DNA from: an uncultured Thermodesulfobacteriota bacterium
Lineage (GTDB): Bacteria; Desulfobacterota; Desulfomonilia; UBA1062
DNA length: 64,000 nucleotides
Assembly (NCBI GenBank): GCA_942491525.1
Contig: CALOBW010000030.1
Span: 291,029 to 355,028, forward strand
Direction of reading: 5' to 3'
Shown here: one piece after another, positions 18,367 through 26,941 of the stretch
Numbering within the stretch: position 1 is the first letter of the stretch
How the letters are laid out: each line of letters starts with the position of its first letter
Notes under the pieces: model-generated
The model's database searches: none
What the model was told of the DNA's origin: nothing
What the model saw: only the letters and a program-made list of their open reading frames with translations
Made by a program: the position numbers and the translations under genes

Positions 18367-19443
18367 ATGAAGAGATGGCTAATAGTTTTAGGTTTGCTGC
18401 TGCTGTGCGGCTGCATCGAGGATAATGCTAATTTCAGTGATGAGGAGCTACTGGCCGTCTTCAGCCAGCTGGGTAGCGGCTCCGGCGGCGTCTATGTCGG
18501 CGGCGGCTATGCCGTATTCGAGGACAAGCAGCTCGGGCCGGAGGGTGGTCCTTCCACAAAACCATGCTACTGGATTGATGGCGTGCTGCATGAACTGCCC
18601 ATGCCTGACGGCTACACGGAGGGCTATCTCATCAGCCTGGCCAGAGAATCCGGCCACACCTATGCAATCGGCGTCCTTTACGGCACAACCAGTGGCAAGC
18701 CCGCCCTCTGGATTGACGATATCCTGCAACCTGGCATGTTGGCTGAATTTGAAAGAGTATACCAGCTGCCGATAACCGTCAAAAACGGAACCGTGCATGC
18801 AATCGTAAGATCCTTTGCCGGCGAGTGGTACTGGAACAGTAACGGAGTCAACCAGAAACTGACCGAACACTGGGCCAGCGCAGCAACGCTGCTGCAAAAG
18901 GGCGAGAAACTCCTCTGGGCCGGCATGAAAGACTCTAAAGCCTATCTCTTTGAACTACCCATGGGCGGCGGCACCGAAAACATGACCGAACTGCCCGCAC
19001 CGACCGCTAACTCCAGGGCCTACCACGTCTTTATCGACGGTAGCGACATCTATGCCAGCGGCTACTATCGCAACGCATCCAATCAGGATATTCCGGGCTA
19101 CTGGAAGAATGGTGGAGCGTTCACTCCCGCCTACGGCGAATCATTCAGCTGTGACAATATTAACTCCATATACAGCGGCATGATCAATGGAGAGCTGGTT
19201 TCAGTAACATCCCTGGCTAAAGATGGCAGCTCATCAGTTTTCGCCGGCACCAGCAGCGCCTCACAAAAGGTGGGGGTACATGACGGCTACGATATCCCCT
19301 GCAGTTTCAAAAACAACAACCTGATAATCGCCGGCCTGTACGATGCAACCGGCACATACTACCTGCAGGGCGGCGAGAAGTATGACCTGCAACTGCCGGC
19401 CACCCCGGGCTATGCCGTGGCTGCAACAGTCTGGGTGGATTAA
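18367..19443 (+). CDS. Lipoprotein (family 2, intact paralog), unknown function
   Basis: A GAGGAG RBS precedes MKRWLIVLGLLLLCGC (lipobox LCGC). Blocks are shared with the next gene (GHTYAIGVLYG, WIDDIL, NGTVHAIVRSF). Confidence 0.6.
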   Translation: MKRWLIVLGLLLLCGCIEDNANFSDEELLAVFSQLGSGSGGVYVGGGYAVFEDKQLGPEGGPSTKPCYWIDGVLHELPMPDGYTEGYLISLARESGHTYAIGVLYGTTSGKPALWIDDILQPGMLAEFERVYQLPITVKNGTVHAIVRSFAGEWYWNSNGVNQKLTEHWASAATLLQKGEKLLWAGMKDSKAYLFELPMGGGTENMTELPAPTANSRAYHVFIDGSDIYASGYYRNASNQDIPGYWKNGGAFTPAYGESFSCDNINSIYSGMINGELVSVTSLAKDGSSSVFAGTSSASQKVGVHDGYDIPCSFKNNNLIIAGLYDATGTYYLQGGEKYDLQLPATPGYAVAATVWVD

Positions 19444-19460
19444 CCACAAACTTTGATATT

Positions 19461-19483
19461 GGGCCGGGTCACATGCCCGGCCC
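19461..19483 (+). terminator. GC hairpin GGGCCGGG-tcacatg-CCCGGCCC after the lipoprotein gene, with no T-tract
   Basis: A perfect 8-bp stem lies 18 nt after the stop. The lack of a U-run makes intrinsic termination uncertain. Confidence 0.35.
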
Positions 19484-19611
19484 AAAGCTGACAACTTTTC
19501 AGACAATTACCTTAAATCGTTACTCTTTTGTTACTCCACCCCAGAATCTCCCTTGGTTAAACCAGGCAGACGCGCAATCATGCGGCCGGCACTAAGCCCG
19601 CAATCTGAGAC

Positions 19612-20272
19612 TTGGGAGAGATGATGAAAAGATTAACCTTAGCTTTAACAGTGCTGCTCCTGCTGAGCGGCTGCGGCGACAACGACGATATCGATCTGGC
19701 CCTGCTGGCCCTCATGAGCCAGGATATGGGTCCCAGCCTGCATGCGGCCGGCGTGGCCGCAACAGCCGACAAGCTTATCGCCTGCCACTGGACTGACGGA
19801 CGCCTGACCGAACTCGAACACCCCGCCAACTTGAGTGCAGATAGTATCTACACCGCGCTGCAGGAGGATGGCCACACCTACATCGTGGGCGTACTCAAGG
19901 ATAACGCCGCCGGTAGGGATTATATTGCAATCTGGATCGACGGCGTGCTGGATGCCGACAATATTCATGATGTCATTAACATTGAGACCAGACATTCATT
20001 CACTCTCCAGAACGGCACTGTCCACGGCATCCTAGAGCGATATTTTGACGGTGGCGGCAGCGACTATCTCCAGTACTGGCAGTGGAACAGCCAAGACGGT
20101 TTTGTGCAAGAGATCGCAAATGCCAACCTGGACGCGGACAATGACCATGAATATAAAATGGCCTACCACTCGCTCTCCATCCAGGGCGACCAGCTGGTCT
20201 GGTGCGGCTACAACCAGGAGACAAACAAGGCCCCGGCCATCTTCAAGCTCTCACTGACCGACGGCACCCGAC
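19612..20272 (+). pseudogene. Lipoprotein family 2 paralog, 3'-truncated at a deletion junction
   Basis: MKRLTLALTVLLLLSGC (lipobox) is followed by homology to 18367..19443 up to ..KLSLTDGTRQ (paralog-1 residue ~190 of 358). The frame then reads through unrelated sequence to 20388. Confidence 0.5.
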
Positions 20273-21259
20273 AACCTCTACTCCGAAGTCCAGCGCGACC
20301 TGCTGCTGCCGATCCACATCTCGGCCATGATGGCCAACGACACCTTCCTGCGCGACTGGATCATCGACGGCGAACAGGACATCGATAAAATCAGCCGTTA
20401 CCTGAACGAGATCAAAAAGAACTTCAACACCCACACCAGTTTCTTTGTCTCGGATAAAAGCCTCAACTACCATGATGAAAACGGTCTGATCAAAAAAGTA
20501 TCTGCCACCGACCAGGATGACCAGTGGTACTTCAGGGTCCGCGATATGGAGCAGGACTATGAGATCAACATTGATGCCGACTGGAACAACCGGGATGTGC
20601 TGATTATTTTCATCAACTATCGGATTTATGATTTTACCGGCCACTACATCGGCGTAGCCGGCGTCGGACTGCGGCTGCAGGACCTCAAATCACGCCTTGA
20701 CTTCTACCAGCACAAATATCAGCGCAGCATCTATTTCATCGACCAGGGCGGCCAGATAAAACTGTCCGGTGATCAACATAACGGCATCCGGAACATTGCC
20801 GAGGTTGACGGCTATCAGACCATCCTGGATCAGCTCATGGCCAAGCCCCAGAGCTCTTCAAGATTCAAGCGCGGGCGGGAAACCATCCACACCAATACCC
20901 GCTACATCCCCGAGTTCGGCTGGTATATGATCGTCGAGCAGGCCGAGGGCCAGACTACCCGGCCAATCATCAACTCCCTCATAATCAATCTGGCCATCTG
21001 CGGCCTGGTGACGGCCCTGGTCCTGAGTCTGGTGACGATTGTCATCAGAAGCTACCAGAAACACCTGCACACCCTGCAGGGCATCGTACCGATCTGCTCA
21101 TTCTGCAAACAGATCCGCGACGACCAGGGCTACTGGAACCAGGTCGAAGCCTACATCGCCGAGCACACCGATGCCGAGTTCAGCCACGGCATCTGCCCGG
21201 AGTGCCAGAAGAAACACTATGCCAAAGAACTCGACCAGGATTTATCAGACGACAGTTGA
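20273..21259 (+). pseudogene. 5'-truncated Cache-domain sensor with one TM helix and a C-terminal 4-Cys zinc-ribbon-like tail; fused out of frame to the lipoprotein fragment
   Basis: In-frame sequence begins NLYSEVQRDLLLPIHISAMMANDTFLRDW, which is the start of a periplasmic Cache fold. The preceding TM helix and start codon are missing. A TM helix follows (IINSLIINLAICGLVTALVLSLVTIVI), and the tail is ICSFCKQIRDDQGYWNQVEAYIAEHTDAEFSHGICPEC. The frame is offset +1 relative to the 19612 ORF. Confidence 0.5.
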
Positions 21260-21292
21260 CAACTGTCAGACGAAGTGCGCAATAGTGCAGCC

Positions 21293-22183
21293 ATGGCTGA
21301 CAATAAACTCAAAGGCATCATCTTGCGCATCGTCTCGGCGCTGGCCTTCGCCATCATGGCGGCGGCGGTCAAGGCCTGCGGCGAGCTGCCGGTCTACGAG
21401 AAGGTCTTTGCGCGCAACTTTGTCAGCCTGCTGATCGCCTTCATCGCCATCATGCGCCTGCCCAAGCGGCCGCCGCTCTTTGGCAGACTCAAAAATCAGC
21501 CCCTGCTGCTATCGCGCTCCCTGCTGGGACTGAGCGGGGTGGCGCTCTACTTCTTTGCCATCGACCGCATGCTGCTGACCGACGCCACCATCCTGAGCAT
21601 GCTCAATCCGGCCTTCATCGCCATCTTCGCCTCCCTCTTCCTGCACGAGAAGCTCTCCAGGCTGCATCTGCCGGCGCTGGCAATTATCTTCGGCTGCGCC
21701 ATCCTGGTGATCAAACCGAGCTTCGACCTGCGGGTTGTACCGGCCCTGGCGGCCACGGGCACGGCGGCCTGCGCCGGCGGCGCCTACACCATCCTGCGGG
21801 CCCTCAAGGGACGCGAAGAGCCGGCCACGGTCGTCTTCTACTTCTCGTTTGTCTCCTGCATCGTGATGCTGCTGCCCATGTTCATGCACTTCAAGCTGCC
21901 CAGCCCGATCCAGCTCTTCTGGCTGCTGATCGTGGGGCTCGGGGCGGCCGCCGGGCAGTTCTGCCTGACCTACGCCCACCATTATGCCAAGGCCTCCGAG
22001 GTCAGCATCTACAGCTATGCCACCGTCGTCTTCACCCTGATGCTGGACATCCTCGTCTGGCAGACCCTGCCGGACCGGCTCTCAATCATCGGCGGCAGCG
22101 GCATCATCCTGACCGCAATTTTGCTCTACCGCTTTGAGCGTGAGCTCAGTATCCAGACGGCCGAGCAGCGGCTAACGCAGTGA
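21293..22183 (+). CDS. DMT-superfamily (EamA/RhaT-like) transporter
   Basis: There are ten predicted TM helices in two EamA-like halves. The start is probably MADNKLKG; GTG at 21275 is possible. Confidence 0.7.
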   Translation: MADNKLKGIILRIVSALAFAIMAAAVKACGELPVYEKVFARNFVSLLIAFIAIMRLPKRPPLFGRLKNQPLLLSRSLLGLSGVALYFFAIDRMLLTDATILSMLNPAFIAIFASLFLHEKLSRLHLPALAIIFGCAILVIKPSFDLRVVPALAATGTAACAGGAYTILRALKGREEPATVVFYFSFVSCIVMLLPMFMHFKLPSPIQLFWLLIVGLGAAAGQFCLTYAHHYAKASEVSIYSYATVVFTLMLDILVWQTLPDRLSIIGGSGIILTAILLYRFERELSIQTAEQRLTQ

Positions 22184-23809
22184 GGAGATGAAGCAGCCGC
22201 TGTCGCTCTCCGGAGGCAGCATCGGCAGCGGCTGGCTGACCGGCAGAGCCTTGGGCACAGCCACCGCAAAGGCGTCGTGCAGGGTAACCTCAACATCTTC
22301 AGCCGGGCCGCTCCCGCTGAGGCTGTAGAGCAGCTTGTTGCCGGCCAGGGTGGGCCAGAACTCGTGGAATCCATCTCCATCAACCCTGAAGAAACGAGCG
22401 TCAACCGGCAGCTCTTCGGGCAGGGTCAGGCTGAGCTGAATTGTCGCCCCGCTAACGACATTTTCCACATCAAACTCCAGCATGCCGTAGGGGAAGCTGA
22501 CATAGTCGGGCCTGTTCGGAAGGTTGTCGTAATATTCATCAACCGGATAGGCGGCAACGTTCCTGAGGCGCACCTCCGGGTTGGCGCTGACATCGACGGT
22601 TAAACGGCCGTTATGCTCGGGGGCGACGACGCTGGCAACCGCCGGGCTGGCCGGATCGACATCTTCATTGTCCGGGGCGCCGTCACGGTCGCTATCGTCA
22701 GACTTGATGTCATCATCCATGACAAAGGCCCTGACATCATCCGGCTTCATGCCGGAGTAATCAGAATATGCATCCATCATCGTGGTCAAGATAATCTCAA
22801 CATTGCGGTCGCCCCACGGAATATCATCATCCGACCCCTTGACCGTTATATAGTGGGGCTCATCCCAGTTCTCTGCGGTAACAACAACCTTATCCGGCAT
22901 AACCGTTGCTGCAGACCCATCACGGCTATAAACGAAGAAATACATCTCATGCAGCGGCTGGGTCATGAATTCAACCTTGATTCTGGCGCTGCCGTCTTCA
23001 GACAGCTCGATATGACGAGGAGAAACCTTAATGCCGGCACTGTCATTATCGAGGATATCCAGGCGGATATCGCCGGGGCGGCGGCCGGCGTAGCCGGAGG
23101 CCTCGCTGGAGGTGTTGTTGAAGTTTACGAAAAAATCGCGGCGGCTTTCAGCCTTGCTGTCGTCAATGGCCGATACTCTGACAACCTGATCATAGTTCCA
23201 GTTGTCAGGGGTGAAGGTCAGGAGGGCCGGCGAAATCGCAACTTCCTCAGAGAGGGTGCTGCCGACTTCGAGGGTCACATCTTCAGCGGGCTGGTTGGCC
23301 AGGCGCACGGTGAAAGAGACGTCGTCACCATCTTCGCTGATGAACTCGGCCGACGGCTCTCCGACAAAGATGTGGGGATAATCCCGATTAACAATAGTGA
23401 TTACCCTGGTCATTTCAGCCAGATCAAGATAGGCGGGATCCATGGTTTCATCCCGATTGACCCTGATCCTGACATCTACATCCTGATCGCCGTCAACCAC
23501 CAGATCACTGATACCGGTAAAGATTGCATTCTGGGAGACGTTCCAGTTTGAAGGCGTGAAAGTGATGCTCTCCTGATACATCACAAGCTCACTGGAGTCT
23601 GCGCTGATGAAATCCAGCACCACCCGACCGGACGGCTTGCTTTTGAGCTGCACGGCCAGGCAGCCGGCACTGCCCTCGTAGGTCCGCTGGTATTCATTTC
23701 TGACCTCAACCCCGACAGTTTCGTCAGCTTGCAGTGGCGCGGCCGAGATAACTAAGAGGGCCAATAAAAATTGAACAGTTTTACCCAATATGCTGAAAAT
23801 ATTCTTCAT
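22172..23809 (-). CDS. Secreted beta-sandwich repeat protein with an Asp-rich calcium-binding segment
   Basis: A signal peptide (MKNIFSILGKTVQFLLALLVISAAPLQA) is followed by three ~100-aa repeats carrying (I/L)TFTPxNWNxxQ..V (ITFTPSNWNVSQ, LTFTPDNWNYDQ, VVVTAENWDEPH). These are followed by DDDIKSDDSDRDGAPDNEDVD and a C-terminal beta-rich domain. Confidence 0.55.
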   Translation of the reverse strand: MKNIFSILGKTVQFLLALLVISAAPLQADETVGVEVRNEYQRTYEGSAGCLAVQLKSKPSGRVVLDFISADSSELVMYQESITFTPSNWNVSQNAIFTGISDLVVDGDQDVDVRIRVNRDETMDPAYLDLAEMTRVITIVNRDYPHIFVGEPSAEFISEDGDDVSFTVRLANQPAEDVTLEVGSTLSEEVAISPALLTFTPDNWNYDQVVRVSAIDDSKAESRRDFFVNFNNTSSEASGYAGRRPGDIRLDILDNDSAGIKVSPRHIELSEDGSARIKVEFMTQPLHEMYFFVYSRDGSAATVMPDKVVVTAENWDEPHYITVKGSDDDIPWGDRNVEIILTTMMDAYSDYSGMKPDDVRAFVMDDDIKSDDSDRDGAPDNEDVDPASPAVASVVAPEHNGRLTVDVSANPEVRLRNVAAYPVDEYYDNLPNRPDYVSFPYGMLEFDVENVVSGATIQLSLTLPEELPVDARFFRVDGDGFHEFWPTLAGNKLLYSLSGSGPAEDVEVTLHDAFAVAVPKALPVSQPLPMLPPESDSGCFISSLR

Positions 23810-23973
23810 GATGCAAACTCCTGCTGATGATCTTGTTATAGATGCTATAAATTACAGCACACCATACACCCGAACAGTCGTTCGGTCAAGTTTCATCAGC
23901 TAACCGCATATCCATTCATTTCAGCTAATTGACTTAGCCCTCACCCGACTTATTCTTGCTTCATGGAGGAACG

Positions 23974-25200
23974 ATGAAGCGGTTAATCATCCTGATCCTG
24001 CTGCTGCCTCTCAACGCCCAGGCGTTGGGACTTGACGACTATATCGAGCTCGGGCTGCGCGAAAACCCCGGTCTGCTGGCGGCCAGCAGCCAGTGGCAGG
24101 CCAGCCGGGAGGCGGCCCGGACCGCCGGGTTGCCGCCCGACCCGCAGATCGCCTACACCCACTTCATCGAAGAGGTCGAGACCCGCGTCGGGCCCCAGGA
24201 GTACAAGCTCGGCCTGCGCCAGCCGCTGCCCTGGGCCGGCCGCCTGCTCAAGCAGAGAGATATCGCCCAAGGCCGCGCCCGCCAGGCCGAGTTGAACTAC
24301 GAGCTGGCCGCCGCGCAGCTGATCCTGCAGCTCAGCCAGCTCTACTACGCGCTCTACCTGAGCGCCTATGAGATCGACAATCTCAGCCAGCAGCTGCAGC
24401 TGCTCGAGCAGAGCCTCAAGGTCAGCGAGAAACGCTACGCCGCGGCCAGCGCCGGCCATGCCGAGCTGCTGGAGCTGCGCATGCAGCAGGCCCGCCTCGC
24501 TGAGCGCCGACTTAAGCTCGGCGACCTGCTCGCCAGCCAGCAGGCCCTCTTCAACAGTCTGCTCAACCGGGCGCCCCAGCTGGAGATCGATCTGCCGCAC
24601 AGCCTGCCCGCACCCTCCGAGCTGCCGCCGACAGCCCTGCTGCTGCAACTCAGGGACAACCCCCAGCTCAGCCTGAGCCGCAACGCCAGCAGCATTGCCA
24701 GGGAGCAGGAGCGTTTAAGCCGCCTCAACCGGGTGCCCGATTTCACCCTGGGAGTCGAATATATCGAGACCGGCGCGGCGCTCAACCCCACCACCAAAGA
24801 CAGCGGCAAGGACCCGCTGATGGCCAGCATCGCCGTCAATCTGCCGCTCTGGGGCAGCCAGGCCGAAAGAGCGCAGAGCCAGGCCAGCCATCAGGCCAGC
24901 CTGGCGCAGAGCCTGACTCTTATGCGCCAGCTGGAGGCCCGGGTGCTGACCGCCGTCAACAGCTACCGCGAAGCCCGGCGCCGCTTCAGCCTCTACGACG
25001 GCGAACTGCTCCCGCTGGCCGACCAGCTCTACCAGGTGCGGCTGAAAGATTTTGAGAGCGCCCGCAGCTCCTACGCCGCGGTGCTCAAGGCCCGCCAGCA
25101 GCTGCTGGAGCTGCAGTTTATGCGTGAAACCGCCCTGACAGATTGCGCCAAGCTCAGGGCCGAACTGGCCTTCCTGGCCCCGGAGGAGAAAAATGACTAG
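23974..25200 (+). CDS. Outer-membrane efflux protein (TolC-like OMF) of a heavy-metal RND system
   Basis: A signal peptide (MKRLIILILLLPLNAQA) is followed by two OEP-type repeats rich in Q/L/A coiled coils. The gene sits directly upstream of, and overlaps, the MFP gene. Confidence 0.8.
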   Translation: MKRLIILILLLPLNAQALGLDDYIELGLRENPGLLAASSQWQASREAARTAGLPPDPQIAYTHFIEEVETRVGPQEYKLGLRQPLPWAGRLLKQRDIAQGRARQAELNYELAAAQLILQLSQLYYALYLSAYEIDNLSQQLQLLEQSLKVSEKRYAAASAGHAELLELRMQQARLAERRLKLGDLLASQQALFNSLLNRAPQLEIDLPHSLPAPSELPPTALLLQLRDNPQLSLSRNASSIAREQERLSRLNRVPDFTLGVEYIETGAALNPTTKDSGKDPLMASIAVNLPLWGSQAERAQSQASHQASLAQSLTLMRQLEARVLTAVNSYREARRRFSLYDGELLPLADQLYQVRLKDFESARSSYAAVLKARQQLLELQFMRETALTDCAKLRAELAFLAPEEKND

Positions 25201-26941
25201 ACTCAGACAGATCCTGATCGCAGGCAGCCTGCTGCTGGCGGGCTTCATGGCAGGCCAGGGCCTAAACTCCATGCAGGAGCTGCATGAACATGACGCCACC
25301 CTGGTCACCATGGAGGACGGCCAGCAGATCTGGACCTGCTCCATGCACCCCCAGGTCAGGATGGACCAGCCCGGCGACTGCCCCATCTGCGGCATGGAGC
25401 TGATCCCCCTCAAGGATGACGACACCCAGCAGCTCGGCGAACGTCAGCTCAAACTGAGCCCGGCCGCGGCCAAGCTGGCCGAAATTCAGGTCAGTGCAGT
25501 CGGGCCGCCCGCGGCCGAAGCGCTGATCCGGCTGGCCGGCACGGTCGAGTTCGATGAGACGCGCCTGGCCCAGATTGCCGCACGCATGCCCGGCAGGCTC
25601 GAGAAACTCTATGTGGATTTCACCGGCGCCACGGTCCAGGCCGGCGACAAGCTGGTTGAAATCTACAGCCCGGAACTCTTCAGCGCCCAGCAGGAGCTGC
25701 TGGAGTCGGCCGACAACCCGGCCCTGCGTCGGGCCGCGCGCGAGAAGCTCAGGCTCTGGGGCCTGAGCGATGAGCAGATCCAGAGAATCATCAAGCACGG
25801 CCGGCCCAGCGACACCCTTGAGATCAACTCCCCGATCAGCGGCGTCGTGATCAAAAAGCAGGCCCACGAGGGCATGTATCTCAAGACCGGCGACACCATC
25901 TACACCATCGCCGACCTCCAGCACCTCTGGGTCATGCTGGACGCCTATGAGAGCGACCTGCCTTGGCTTAAGAGGGGCCAGTTCGTCAACTTTGCCACCA
26001 CGGCCGGCTACAGCCTGCAGGGCCAGGTGGTCTTCATCGATCCGGTGCTCGACCCGCGCACCCAGACCACCAAGGTGCGCGTTGAGATCGACAACGCCGC
26101 CGGCCTGATCAAACCGGGCATGCTGGTGCAGGCCAGCATCAGAGGCGAGCTGCAGCATGATCTGGCCGGCATGAGCGCCATCCCGGCCAGCGCGCCCCTG
26201 ATCACGGGCAAGCGCGCCGTGGTCTACGTCAAGCAGGGCGACATCTACAGCGGCCGCGAGATCGAACTGGGCCCGCGCGCCGGCGACCACTACATCGTGC
26301 ATGCCGGGCTTGAAGCGGGCGAACTGGTGGTGACCAACGGCAACTTCAAGATCGACAGCGCCCTGCAGATCGCGGGCCAGCCCAGCATGATGAGCCCGCA
26401 GGGCGGCCTGCCCCAGAGCGGTCATCAAAACCACGGAGCCGCCGTGGCCGCCACCCTGGACCACGAATCCCAGCAGCAGACCGCCACGATACCGGCTGAG
26501 TTCAAGCTCCAGCTCGGCAGCGTCGCCGCAACAGCCGCCGAACTGGCCGCGGCCCTGGCCAAGGATGACTTCAAACTTGCCGCGGCCAGCCTGCCGGCCC
26601 TGGAGTCCGGTCTCAATAAAATTGACATGGCTCTGCTGCCCCACGAACCCCACCTGGCCTGGATGAAAGACCTTGCCAAACTTAACAGCGCCCTGGAGCA
26701 GATGAAGGGCGCAACCGACATCAAGGAGCTGCGCAGCGCCTTCGGCCACTTCAACGCGGCGCTGCTCAGCTCCATCAAACAGTTCGGCATCCAGAGCGAG
26801 ACCCGCCTCTACCGCCTGCACTGCCCCATGAGCATGGACGGCAAGGGCGGCGACTGGCTCCAAACCGGCCAGCAGGTCAACAACCCCTACTACGGCGCAG
26901 CCATGCTCAGATGCGGCGAGGTCAAGGAAGAGATCAAATAG
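25193..26941 (+). CDS. RND efflux periplasmic adaptor (CusB/CzcB-like MFP) with an N-terminal heavy-metal-binding domain and a C-terminal extension
   Basis: The HMBD motif is CSMHPQVRMDQPGDCPICGMEL. It also has biotinyl/lipoyl-like and beta-barrel MFP core blocks (DKLVEIYSPE; GQVVFIDPVLDPRTQT) and a ~170-aa C-terminal domain containing HCPM and RCGE. Confidence 0.8.
   Translation: MTRLRQILIAGSLLLAGFMAGQGLNSMQELHEHDATLVTMEDGQQIWTCSMHPQVRMDQPGDCPICGMELIPLKDDDTQQLGERQLKLSPAAAKLAEIQVSAVGPPAAEALIRLAGTVEFDETRLAQIAARMPGRLEKLYVDFTGATVQAGDKLVEIYSPELFSAQQELLESADNPALRRAAREKLRLWGLSDEQIQRIIKHGRPSDTLEINSPISGVVIKKQAHEGMYLKTGDTIYTIADLQHLWVMLDAYESDLPWLKRGQFVNFATTAGYSLQGQVVFIDPVLDPRTQTTKVRVEIDNAAGLIKPGMLVQASIRGELQHDLAGMSAIPASAPLITGKRAVVYVKQGDIYSGREIELGPRAGDHYIVHAGLEAGELVVTNGNFKIDSALQIAGQPSMMSPQGGLPQSGHQNHGAAVAATLDHESQQQTATIPAEFKLQLGSVAATAAELAAALAKDDFKLAAASLPALESGLNKIDMALLPHEPHLAWMKDLAKLNSALEQMKGATDIKELRSAFGHFNAALLSSIKQFGIQSETRLYRLHCPMSMDGKGGDWLQTGQQVNNPYYGAAMLRCGEVKEEIK

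Noticed and set aside
19464-19486. GC hairpin as a confident intrinsic terminator
   Set aside because: The stem is perfect but there is no U-tract, so I kept it only as a low-confidence feature.
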